Assembly (NCBI GenBank): GCA_036785375.1
Contig: JAWMAR010000392.1
Location: 1,488,001-1,552,000 of the forward strand
Reading direction: 5' to 3'
Length of the DNA: 64,000 nucleotides
DNA from: Leucoraja ocellata
Lineage: Eukaryota
The position numbers and the translations under genes were made by a program. Positions 39,355-50,981 of the stretch are shown here, one piece after another. Positions within the stretch are counted from its first letter, which is position 1. Each line of letters begins with the position of its first letter. Below the pieces are notes generated by a model. The model was not told where the DNA came from. It was given only the letters and a program-made list of their open reading frames with translations, and did no database searches.

Positions 39355-40902
39355 AAGCCCTGTCCCACAGTACGAATTCATTCCAAGGGCTCTCCCGAGT
39401 TTAAAAAAATTCAAACTCGCGGTAAGCACGGAGAATGAACGTAGCGGGTACGTCGGAGCTCGGGGACGTCTCTTAGCGGCTCGTAACGCTAACGGCAGGT
39501 ACTCGGGAATACTTGCTAACGGCAGATAAGCACGGGAAGACTCGTGGAGATTTTAAAACACGTTGAAAAATGTCCACGAGAGCCCCGAGTACCGACGAGT
39601 GGCCATTACTGTAAATCTCCAAGATCGAATCGGGGCAAACTCGGGAGAGCTCTTAGAAACATAGAAACATAGAAAATAGGTGCAGGAGTAGGCCATTCGA
39701 GCCTGCACCGCCATTCAATATGATCATGGCTGATCATCCAAATCAATATCCCATACCTGCCTTCTCTCCATACCCCCTGATCCCTTTAGCCACAAGGGCC
39801 ACATCTAACTCCTTCTTAAATATAGCCAATGAACTGTGGCCTCAACTACTTTCTGTGGCAGAGAATTCCACAGATTCACCATCTCTGTGTAAAAAATGAT
39901 TTTCTCGTCTCGGTCCTAAAAGATTTCCCTCTTATTCTTAAACTGTGTGACCCCTTGTTCTGGACCCATGATCGGGAATAATCTTCCTGCATCTAGCCTG
40001 TCCAACCCCTTAATAATTTTGTAAGTTTTTATAAGATTCCCCCTCAATCTTCTAAATTCTAGCGAGTACAAGCCGAGTCTATCCAGTCTTTCTTCATATG
40101 AAAGTCCTGACATCCCAGGAATCAGTCTGGTGAACCTTCTCTGTACTCACTCTATGGCAAGAATGTCTTTCCTCAGATTAGGAGTCAACAAAATAGAGAG
40201 AGTACAGAGGAGATTTACTAGAATGTTGCCTGGGGTTCAGCAACTAAGTTACAGAGAAAGATTGAACAAGTTAGGGCTTTATTCTTTGGAGCACAGAAGG
40301 TTAAGGGGGGACTTGATAGAGTTCTTTAAAATGATGAGAGGGATAGACAGAGTTGACGTGGATAAGCTTTTCCCACTGAGAGTAGGGAAGATTCAAACAA
40401 GGGGACATGACTTGAGAATTAAGGGACTGAAGTTTAGGGGTAACATGAGGGGGAACTTCTTTACTCAGAGAGTGGTGGCTGTGTGGAATGAGCTTCCAGT
40501 GAAGGTGGTGGAGGCAGGTTCGTTTTTATCATTTAAAAATAAATATGGATGGGAAGGGAATGGAGGGTTATGGTCTGAGCGCAGGTATATGGGACTAGGG
40601 GAGATTATGTGTTCGGCACGGACTAGAAGGGTCGAGATGGCCTGTTTCCGTGCTGTAATTGTTATAAGATTCCCCCTCAATCTTCTAAATTCTAGCGAGT
40701 ACAAGCCGAGTCTATCCAGTCTTTCTTCATATGAAAGTCCTGACATCCCAGGAATCAGTCTGGTGAACCTTCTCTGTACTCACTCTATGGCAAGAATGTC
40801 TTTCCTCAGATTAGGAGAGCAAAACTGTACTTGGGACTGTACTTTCCTCAGATTAGGAGACCAAAGCTCTTGGAATGAACTCGCACCGTGAGACAGGGCT
40901 TT
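39355..40902. mobile_element. Harbinger-like MITE split by nested CR1s
   Basis: Inverted ends aagccctgtcccac.gtacgaattcattccaag / cttggaatgaactcgcaccgtgagacagggctt. A CR1-A (-) at 39655-40864 is flanked by duplicated agctctt, and a CR1-B (+) at 40185-40665 lies inside that. Confidence 0.78.
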
Positions 40903-41022
40903 AAGGCAGTAGCTCTACCGCTATGCCACCGTGAAGCCCTTGAGCTGATGTGTATTCTCTGGGCATTCGACCCTTTTCGTTTGGTCTGCTTCTAACACTC
41001 TCCCATTGTCTCCTTTGATCAG

Positions 41023-41271
41023 ATTCCCACAGCTTGATATATTTCGCCACCTCCTCCCTCAGTGTCCCTGACCTGCCAGACTTCGCCAGGGTTGGGATGT
41101 TGGATGATCTGCAGATAGATTACTACGACAACTCCCTCGAAGAAGTGGTACCCAGGCAGCAGTGGATTGCGAGCGGCTTCATGGCTGAGTACTGGGCACG
41201 GCAGAAGATGATCGCAGACATCATTCACACGATTGTGTCTAAACAATTGGGAACACATGCCCAATTGCTCG
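41023..41271 (+). CDS. MHC class I-like heavy chain, exon 2 (alpha1 domain)
   Basis: Pyrimidine tract and cag acceptor at 41020-41022; donor g|gtatgt; phase 1/1. Encodes DSHSLIYFATSSLSVPDLPDFARVGMLDDLQIDYYDNSLEEVVPRQQWIASGFMAEYWARQKMIADIIHTIVSKQLGTHAQLL, matching class I alpha1 motifs (SHSLxYF, PxFxxVGxLDDxQIxYYD, PRxxW, EYW). Confidence 0.93.
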
Positions 41272-41559
41272 GTATGTGTCATTGTACCCCTCTCAGGCTC
41301 ACAGTAAATTTCACCTTGCCAAAATATCCGCTATCAGATGGATCCGATGAAGCAGCAGAAATTCCGTCCCCTGCTTTGGAATATGGGAGGAAACTGGACG
41401 GAGGCACCCGGAGAAAACTCATGCTGCGTGGTCATAGTGAGCATGTACAAATTCCGTGCAGTGTGCCCATTGCCCTCATTGTCAGGATCGAACCCGGGTC
41501 TCAAGGCAGCAATTCTACCGCTGCCCCATCATGCCAACAACTTTGGTCTCAATGCGATC

Positions 41560-44090
41560 GCCCTGCTCTACATACACACTGATGCACACTACACCATCTC
41601 ACACTGTGATTCCCCTGCTCTATATACACACTGATGCACACTACACCATCTCTCACTGTGATTCCCCTGTTCTATATACACACTGATGCACACTACACCA
41701 TCTCACACTGTGATTCCCCTGCAGTATAAACTGATGCACACTACACCATCTCACACTGTGATTCTCCTGCTCTATATACACACTGATGCACACTACACCA
41801 TCTCACACTGATCGCCCTGCTCTATATACACACTGATGCACACTACACCATCTCACACTGTGATTCTCCTGCTCTATATACAAACTGATGCACACTACAC
41901 CATCTCACTGTGATTCCCCTGCACTATACAAACTGATCCACAGTACGCCATCTCTCACTGTGATTCCCTTCTCCGCCCATGATGATGCACTGTACACTCT
42001 CTCTCACTATCGCCTGCACTATACACATACTGATGCACAGTACATCATCGCTCACTGTAACCCCTGCTCTATGCACACTGATGCACAGTAAACCATCTCA
42101 CTGTGATCCCCTGCTTTGCCCATACTGATGCACAGTACACCATCTCTCACTATCCCCAACACTATATAAACTGATGCACAGTACACCATCTCTCACTGTC
42201 CCCTGCATTGTACACACAATGGATTAACACCGGGTGGCAGTGTACGATGGCAGCCTCGCCAACAGTCTGTGATGTCCTTTTCTTCTTTTGTTGTTTTTAG
42301 TCCGTTATCAAATGCATATTTTAGTGTATTTTCAATTTTGTATTATGTTGGGGGGGGGGCTTTAAAAAATCTCTTTCCTCGACGGAGATGCAACTTTTTC
42401 TGTATCGTAAATCCGTCCACACTGCAGCCTAACATCGTGCAGCTGACGGTCTCTTGGTTTGGGGTCGACTTCGGGAGCTCAAACCGCAGGAGATTCGACC
42501 GCCCCGATGCGGGAGCTTCATCTCCGGCTGCGGGAGCTTCCATCACCCCGACTGTGGATGGTTCAACTGCCCCGCAACCGCGAGGGAAAAGCAGGGAAGA
42601 AGATAATACGCTATTGCCTTCCATCCCATCACAGGGGTGGATGTATATGTGAATTTCTATGTTGTTTTATGATTTTTTTTGTAAGACTGTATGGAAAATC
42701 AAATTCTTTGCATGTTTTTACATACTTGGCGAATAAATTAATTACAACTAGAATTACAATGATGCAATGCACACCATCTCACTGTAATCCCTTGCTTATA
42801 CACACCCTGACACACAGTACACCATATAACCATATAATATAACCATATAACAATTACAGCACGGAAACAGGCCATCTCAACCCTTCTAGTCCGTGCCGAA
42901 CACATAATCTCCCCTAGTCCCATATACCTGCACTCAGACCATAACCCTCCATTCCCTTCCCATCCATATAACTATCCAATTTATTTTTAAATGATAAAAA
43001 CGAACCTGCCTCCACCACCTTCACTGGAAGCTCATTCCACACAGCTACCACTCTCTGAGTAAAGAAGTTCCCCCTCATGTTACCCCTAAACTTCAGTCCC
43101 TTAATTCTCATGTCATGTCCCCTTGTTTGAATCTTCCCTACTCTCAGTGGGAAAAGCTTTTCCACGTCAACTCTGTCTATCCCTCTCATCATTTTAAAAA
43201 CCTCTATCAAGTCCCCCCTTAACCTTCTGCGCTCCAAAGAATAAAGCCCTAACTTGTTCAACCTTTCTCTGTAACTTAGTTGCTGAAACCCAGGCAACAT
43301 TCTAGTAAATCGCCTCTGTACTCTCTCTATTTTGTTGACATCCTTCCTATAATTAGGCGACCAAAATTGTACACCATACTCCAGAATTGGCCTCACCAAT
43401 GCCTTGTACAATTTTAACATTACATCCCAACTTCTATACTCAATGCTCTGATTACCATCTCACTGTAATCCCCTGCTTATACACACCCTGACACACAGTA
43501 CACCATCTCACTGTAATCCCCTACTCTATATACACACCCTGACACACAGTACACCATCTCACTGTAATCCCCTGCTTATACACACCCTGACACACAGTAC
43601 ACTATCTCACTGTAATCCCCTGCTCTATATACACACTCTGATCCACAGCACACCATCTTACTGTAATCCCCTTCTTATACACACCCTGACACACAGTACA
43701 CCATCTCACTGTAATCTCCTGCTTATACACACCCTGACACACAGTACACTATCTCACTGTAATCCCCTGCTCTATATACACACCCTGACACACAGTACAC
43801 CATCTCACTGTAATCCCCTGCTTATACACACCCTGACACACAGTACACTATCTCACTGTAATCCCCTGCTCTATATACACACCCTGACACACAGTACACC
43901 ATCTCACAGTAATCCCCTACTCTATACACACCCTGACACACAGTACACCATCTCACTGTAATCCCCTGCTCTATACACACCCTGACACACAGTACACCAT
44001 CTCACTGTAATCCCCTGCTCTGCCCACAATCATGCACGGTGTACCCTCTCCTATTTGATCCCCTGCTCTGCACACAATGATGTGAGTGCA
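41560..44090 (+). repeat. 48-52-bp minisatellite in intron 2, interrupted by two insertions
   Basis: Units ctgatgcacactacaccatctcacactgtgattcccctgctctatatacaca (41560-42215) and ccctgacacacagtacaccatctcactgtaatcccctgcttatacaca (42760-44090). Inserts at about 42232-42740 and 42821-43453. Confidence 0.92.
42821..43453 (-). mobile_element. CR1 family B inside the minisatellite
   Basis: ORF 42914-43420 and tail. Confidence 0.92.
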
Positions 44091-44305
44091 CACACAGCCC
44101 CTCTCCATGATCATTCCCCTGTGTACCCACTCACCCTGGCTGTACACATTTGCTCACCGTGATCACAGATTGTTTGAGACACTTTGTGCTGTACCACCAC
44201 CCACGATGCTGCATTCACTCCACCCTCAGCCCCCGCTCTAGCACCATACCCTCACTACAGTCTGCTGCCCCCTGCATCTCGTGGTGACACAGTGCAGGTC
44301 GCATT

Positions 44306-44673
44306 TAGAAACATAGAAAATAGGTGCAGGAGTAGGCCATTCGGCCCTTCGAGCCTGCACCTCCATTCAATATGATCATGGCTGATCATCAAACTCAGTA
44401 TCCTGTACCTGCCTTCTCTCCATACCCCCTGATTCCTTTAGCCACAAGGGCCACATCTAACTCCCTCCTAAATATAGCCAATGAACTGTGGCCTCAACTA
44501 CCTTCTGTGGCAGAGAATTCCACAGATTCACCACTCTCTGTGTGAAAAATGTTTTTCTCATCTCGGTCCTAAAAGATTTCCCCCTTATCCTTAAACTGTG
44601 TGACCCCTTGTTCTGGACTTCCCCAACATCGGGAACAATCTTCCTGCATCTAGCCTGTCCAACCCCTTAAGAA
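44306..44673 (-). mobile_element. CR1 family A (intron 2)
   Basis: Family A tail and 3' sequence. Confidence 0.9.
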
Positions 44674-44951
44674 CCCCTTCCGTGTTTGGTATGTGTAAAA
44701 TGATTATGTTGCACAGATCTGGAGTTTAAAGCCATCTCTAATTGTAACACACAGTATAGGGGTACAGCAGGTTGGTAGTTGTTAGTTCATCACTACCACT
44801 TCCAAGACTACTTAATGTAGGAAGTGGGTGTTAATATAAAGCATACAGTAAGGTGGGGTTAGTGTTGCTACTCTACTATGCTTGGTTCACATGCATTAAC
44901 CAATCTACAGTAGGGAATAGCTTCTCATACATGACAAATGGTTCTTTACAG

Positions 44952-45221
44952 GTATCACCTACTTCCAGACGATTTGGGGCTGCACACAGTCTGAAAATAT
45001 GAACCATCTGTTTGTAAAGTTTAACATCCAAGACCTCGGTGCGATTGAGTGTGATCTGGTCACAGTGAACTGTTCCGCCACTGGTATCTTTATAATCTTG
45101 AACGATCCAAGCACCTTACAGCCTTTCGTTAATAATGCTGCGGTTCAAGCAGTGAACAACAGCTGCATTCCAGACTTACAGGAAGCTCTTCAGCTTGGTG
45201 AGGCGGCACTCGAGAGGAGAG
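44952..45221 (+). CDS. MHC class I-like heavy chain, exon 3 (alpha2 domain)
   Basis: Acceptor tttacag, donor g|gtaggt, 270 nt, phase 1/1. Encodes GITYFQTIWGCTQSENMNHLFVKFNIQDLGAIECDLVTVNCSATGIFIILNDPSTLQPFVNNAAVQAVNNSCIPDLQEALQLGEAALERR. Retains QxxxGC (C101), C164 and the terminal GxxxLERR. Confidence 0.88.
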
Positions 45222-45450
45222 GTAGGTAGGACGGACTTCTCAGTACTTAAGCCCCTGTGTGTGACAGAGTGGGAGCTATGATCCGGGAAGGTGTGGGTGC
45301 TCCCTTTCCGGGACAGTCTGGGGCAGCAATAGAGCGCCCATTTGAGGCAGTGAGGGAGCCCAGGGAGGTGAGGGAGCTTCCACTCTGGGACTGTGAGATG
45401 TCTCTTGACCCAGACAACAAGGGAGCTCACATCGGCTATATTTAATTCCC

Positions 45451-45629
45451 ATTGGCTATATTTAAGAGGGAGTTAGATGTGGCCTTTGTGGCTAAAGGGA
45501 TCAGGGGGTATGGAGAGAAGGCAGGTACGGGATACTGAGTTGGATGATCAGCCATGATCATATTGAATGGCGGTGCAGGCTCGAAGGGCCGAATGGCTCT
45601 ACTCCTGCACCTAATTTCTATGTTTCTAT
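45451..45629 (+). mobile_element. CR1 family A, short 3' end (intron 3)
   Basis: attggctatatttaagaggg...aatttctatgtttctat. Confidence 0.88.
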
Positions 45630-45691
45630 CCATGATGGTGAGGGAGCACTGATCTGGGACGATTTCCCAATCACGGATGGTGAGGGAGCTT

Positions 45692-46397
45692 CTGAGTCAA
45701 AATTATTAAAATGAGAAGATTTGGTTACATTCAAAACAGCTCAGATAATGTCTAGGGCCAAAAATAAAAATTTACCTGGAAACATTCAAAAATTATTTAA
45801 CGAGCGTGTGGGGGGTTACAATTTAAGAGGAATATTTAATTTTAAGAAACAAAGAGTCCGTACGACTAGAAAAACCTTTTGTATTTCGGTTTGTGGAGTG
45901 GGAGTGTGGAACAAATTGAACGAGGAATTAAAGCAATGTACAAACATGAATCATTTTAAAATGATATATAAAAAAATAATTTTCAAGGGGGATGGTTGAC
46001 AAGTGGGGGTTAATGTTTATCTATTGCTTTACAATTGTTTACTTATGTTTGGTTACTTCATATATGAAGTTTGTATGTGTATAATAGCTGTATGTCTGTA
46101 GGTATCATGGGAAATTGCCTGGGGTAGTATTATTATTATTAATTAATTGATTTTTAAATATGGTAGAAGTGTTGGGGAAAAGGGGGGAGATTTAATAAGT
46201 TATTCTTCTTCTCACTCCTTTTCGAGCTTGTACAGACACAGAGTTGGACATTGGAAATTTGCTTTTTGTTCTTTTCATTGCTTGTAAATATTGTTTGTAA
46301 TGTCCAATTGTGTGATAATTTCGATTTTGTTACTATTAATGTCTTTAATGTCTTTACTTGTTCGGAATAAATAAAACAAATAAATAAATAAATAAAA
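45692..46397 (+). mobile_element. L2/Crack-type LINE 3' end
   Basis: FKTAQIM...LPGNIQKLF...YNLRG...RTTRKTFCISVCGVGVWNKL, with an AT-rich 3'UTR and (TAAA)n tail. Confidence 0.7.
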
Positions 46398-46559
46398 AGG
46401 CAGGAGAATGGGGTGAGGAAGGAGAGATAGATCAGATTATACTGTACATAAATATAACAATGTTAAACTCAAGTACAATAGATAGTGCTAAGGGGAAGAT
46501 AGTTCATCAGTCCAATAGGCAGAATCCAATGTGGTAGAGGTGAATTGGACAGTACCTTA

Positions 46560-47090
46560 GCTCAGAAACCTGGTAGCAGAGGTGGTGGTGGTGCAAGCTT
46601 TCAAGCTTCTATACCCTTTGCCCGACTGGAGCAGGGAGAAGAAGGAATGACCGGGGATGGGACAAGTCATTGATTGTGTTAGCTGCTTTTCTGTGGCAGC
46701 GTGAAATGTAGGTGGAGTCAGTGATGGGGAGTCTGGATGCGTGATGGTCTGGGCTACATCTACAACTCTTCGCAATTTTTTTGTGGTCTTGGGTAGAGCT
46801 GTTCCCAAACCAAGCAGTGACAGTATGGAGCTTCTGCAGAGGACTGTAAGAATCATTGGAGTCATGCCAAATTTCCTGCGTCTCCTAAGGTAGTAGAGGC
46901 CTTGGTGTGCCTCCTTGGCTGCTGTATCAATGTGGTAATATTAACGCCAAGGAACTTGAAGATCTGAACCATTTCTACTTTGGCACCATTGATACTGAGT
47001 GGGGCATGTACTCCACTATGTTTCCTGAACGAGCTAACTAGTTTGTGAGTGAAACGGTGAGACAGCAAGGCTGGTGTGCATAATCTCCAT
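46560..47090 (-). mobile_element. Older Rex1-type LINE fragment
   Basis: PLSINGAKVEMVQIFKFLGVNIT; KKLRRVVDVAQTIT; SGKGYRSLKACTT. Confidence 0.65.
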
Positions 47091-47092
47091 CT

Positions 47093-48327
47093 GTAAGTTA
47101 CTAGGGAAATTGACGAGGGTAAAGCAGTGGTTGTTGTCTATATGGACTTTAGTAAGGCCTTTGACAAAGTTCCTCATGGAAGGTTGGTTAAGAAGGTTCA
47201 ACTGTTGGGTATAAATGCAGGAATAGCAAGATGGATTCAACAGTGGCTGAATGGGAGAAGCCAGAGGGTAATGGTGGATGGCTGTTTATCGGGTTGGAGG
47301 CAGGTGACTAGTGGGGTGCCTCAGGGATCTGTGTTGGGTCCTTTGTTGTTTGTCATGTACATCAATGATCTGGATGAAGGTGTGGTAAATTGGATTAGTA
47401 AGTATGCAGATGATACCAAGATAGGGGGTGTTGTGGATAATGAAGAGGATTTCCAAAGTCTACAGAGTGATTTAGGCCATTTGGAAAAATGGGCTGAAAG
47501 ATGGCAGATGGAGATTAATGCTGATAAATGTGAGGTGCTACACCTTGGCAGGTCAAATCAAAATAGGACGTACATGGTAAATGGTAGGGAATTGAAGAAT
47601 ACAGTTGAACAGAGGGATCTGGGTATAACCGTGCATAGTTCCTTGAAGGTGGAATCTCATATAGATAGGGTGGTAAAGAAAGCTTTTGGTATGCTAGCCT
47701 TTATAAATCAGAGCATTGAGTATAGAAGCTGGGATGTAATGTTAAAATTGTACAAGGCATTGGTGAGACCAAATCTGGAGTATGGCGTACAATTTTGGTC
47801 GCCCAATTATAGGAAGGATGTCAACAAAATAGAGAGAGTACAGAGGAGATTTACTAGAATGTTGCCTGGGTTTCAACAACTAAGTTACAGAGATAGGTTG
47901 AATAAGTTATCTTTATTCCCTGGAGCGCAGAAGGTTAAGGGGGGACCTGGTAGAGGTATTTAAAATGATGAGAAGGATAGACAGAGTTGATGTGGACAAG
48001 CTTTTCCCTTTGAGAATAGGGAAGATTCAAACAAGAGGACATGACTTCAGAATTAAGGGACAGAAGTTTAGGGGTAATATGAGGGGGAACTTCTTTACGC
48101 AGAGAGTGGTGGCGGTGTGGAATGAGCTCCCAGTGGAAGTGGTGGAGGCAGGTTAATTGGTATCATTTAAAAATAAATTGGATAGGCATATGGATGAGAA
48201 GGGAATGGAGGGTTATGGTATGAGTGCAGGCAGGTGGGACTAAGGGGGAAAAAAAATTTGTTCGGCATGGACTTGTAGGGCCGAGATGGCCTGTTTCCGT
48301 GCTGTAATTGTTATATGGTTATATGGT
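47093..48327 (+). mobile_element. CR1 family B, longest copy (intron 3)
   Basis: RT motifs DFSKAFDKV, GVPQGSVLGP, YADD; frameshift near 47915; tail ends about 50 nt before the alpha3 acceptor. Confidence 0.95.
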
Positions 48328-48380
48328 AAGGTAATGTCCTCTGTGTTAAATTAGTGACGTTACTCTCCATTCTTCCCCAG

Positions 48381-48650
48381 TTGTTCCAGGGGTGACAGTG
48401 TTGAAAAGGGACAAAGGCGAGGGGCTCCGGTGTGTCATCACTCCCTTTTACCCCCGCACCATCAACGCCACTTGGCTGAGGAATGGGCAGGCCGTCTCCA
48501 ATGCCATAAACAAGATCCTTCTACCAAACCACGATGACACGTACAGGATGGAACTGCTCATCGAGCTCCACGGCCAAGATCCAAAGATGTACAGCTGTCA
48601 GGTCCAGCACAGCAGCCTGCCAGAGACGCTGACAATGACACTGAGGGGAG
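48381..48650 (+). CDS. MHC class I-like heavy chain, exon 4 (alpha3, Ig C1-set)
   Basis: Acceptor tcttccccag, donor g|gtaagt, 270 nt, phase 1/1. Encodes VVPGVTVLKRDKGEGLRCVITPFYPRTINATWLRNG...LLPNHDDTY...YSCQVQHSSLPETLTMTLRG with C1-set hallmarks (C-x4-FYP, W, PNxDxTY, YxCxVxHxxL). Confidence 0.95.
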
Positions 48651-48873
48651 GTAAGTCACTGTATGTTGTCTACAATCTGTTTCACTCCTGCTGGTAGAAA
48701 GGAGATGAGGAGTTTCTTTCGTTGGAGGTTCATTGACACAGAAGGCTGTGGAGGCCGCTAATGGATATTTTTAAGGAATTATCGCTTCCTCTGAAGAAGG
48801 ATGTGCTGGCGTTGGTGAGGGGCCAGAGGAGGATTACGAGAATGAGTCTAGGAATGATTGGGTTCACATATGA

Positions 48874-49305
48874 TAGAAACATGGAAACAAAGAAAATAGG
48901 CGCCACTCTCTGTGTGAAAAATGTTTTTCTCATCTCGGTCCTAGAGGATTTCCCCTTTATCCTTAAACTGTGACCCCTTGTCCTGGACTTCCCCAACATC
49001 GGGAACAATCTTCCTGCATCTAGCCTGTCCAACCCCTTAAGAATTTTGTAAGTTTCTATAAGATTCCCCCTCAATCTTCTAAATTCTAGCGAGTACAAGC
49101 CGAGTCTATCCAGTCTTTCTTCATATGAAAGTCCTGACATCCCAGGAATCGGTCTGGTGAATCTTCTCTGCACTCCCTCTATGGCAAGAATGTCTTTCCC
49201 CAGATTAGGAGACCAAAACTGTACACAATATTCCAGGTGTGGTCTCACCAAGACCCTGTACAACTGCAGTAGAACCTCCCTGCTCCTATACTCAAATCCT
49301 TTTGC
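48874..49305 (-). mobile_element. CR1 family A, internally deleted (intron 4)
   Basis: ORF 48730-49263. Confidence 0.85.
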
Positions 49306-49907
49306 TGATTGTTTTAAGGCACTGGGCCTATACTCGCTGGAGTTTAGATGGATGAGGGGGGACCTCGTTGAAACTTACTGAATTATGAAAGGTCTGGATA
49401 GAGTGAATGTGGAGAGGATGTTTCCACTATTGGGAGAGTTGAGGATCAGAGCCCATACCCTCAGAATAAAAGGACGTGCCTTTAGGAAGGAGATGAGGAG
49501 GAATTACTTTAGTCAGAGGGTGGTGAATCTATGGAATTCATTGCCACAAACGGCTGTGGAGGTCGTCAATGGATATTTTTAAGGCGGAGATTGACAGATT
49601 CTTGATCAGTAAGAGTATCAGGGGTTATGGGGAGAAGGCAGGAGAATGGGGTTGAGAGGGAAAGATAGATTAGCCATGATTGAATGACAGAGTTGACTTG
49701 GTGGGCCATTGGCCTAATTCTGCTCCTCGGAACTTATGAGCTTAGTGTGAACGGGACCGATAGTCGGCATGGACTCGGAGCATCTTTTGTGGAAATCTTC
49801 TTCGCTGCTGTGTGCTGGGAAGGCTGGCTCCATCCTGGGGGCGGAGTTGGATTCGTGGGAGGAGGTCTTGGTGGGATGTTCCTCAAACTGCGAAGCATCT
49901 TGTACAG

Positions 49908-50667
49908 TAACCATATAACCATATAACAATTACAGCACGGAAACAGGCCATCTCGGCCCTACAAGTCCATGCCCAACAAATTTTTTTCCCCTTAGTCCCA
50001 CCTGCCTGCACTCATACCATAACCCTCCATTCCCTTCTCATCCATATGCCTATCCAATTTATTTTTAAATGATACCAATGAACATGCCTCCACCACTTCC
50101 ACTGGAAGCTCATTCCACACCGCCACCACTCTCTGAGTAAAGAAGTTCCCCCTCATATTACCCCTAAACTTCTGTCCCTTAATTCTGAAGTCATGTCCTC
50201 TTGTTTGAATCTTCCCTATTCTCAAAGGGAAAAGCTTGTCCTCATCAACTCTGTCTATCCCTCTCATCATTTTAAAGACCTCTATCAGGTCCCCCCTTAA
50301 CCTTCTGCGCTCCAGAGAATAAAGACCTAACTTATTCAACCAATCTCTGTAACTTAGTTGTTGAAACCCAGGCAACATTCTAGTAAATCTCCTCTGTACT
50401 CTCTCTATTTTGTTGACATCCTTCCTATAATTGGGCGACCAAAATTGTACACCATACTCCAGATTTGGTCTCACCAATGCCTTGTACAATTTTAACATTA
50501 CATCCCAGCTTCTATACTCAATGCTCTGATTTATAAAGGCTAGCATACCAAAAGCTTTCTTTACCACCCTATCTATATGAGATTCCACCTTCAAGGAACT
50601 ATGCACGGTTATACCCAGATCCCTCTGTTCAACTGTATTCTTCAATTCCCTACCATTTACCATGTAC
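49908..50667 (-). mobile_element. CR1 family B (intron 4)
   Basis: ORF 49992-50690 and tail. Confidence 0.92.
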
Positions 50668-50981
50668 AGCTCACCCACTCCATGACACACTGGTCAACCT
50701 GAGAAGTACCTTCAGCAACAGACTAGTTCCACCAAGATGCAGTACAGATCGCCACAGATCCTTTTTTTCCTGTGGCTTCCAAACCATAACTCCTGCCCTT
50801 TCTGTCGTATAGTAGACTGACTCCCCTCCCCCCCTCCCCCCTCCATCCATCCCCAAATGTTTGAACATCTCCAATCCTTTCCACTCGTCACCATGTTTCA
50901 TGTGTCTTGTTGTGCTTTATGACTGTTGTCATTCCAATTTCCTTCCTGGGATAAATTAAACTTCTATCGTATTGTATGGCA

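Noticed and set aside
41272-41582. C-terminal extension of ORF 41034-41582
   Set aside because: Read-through past the alpha1 donor into intronic V-SINE sequence.
41560-44090. CRISPR-like periodic array
   Set aside because: Units are contiguous tandem repeats without unique spacers, the context is eukaryotic, and there are no cas genes.
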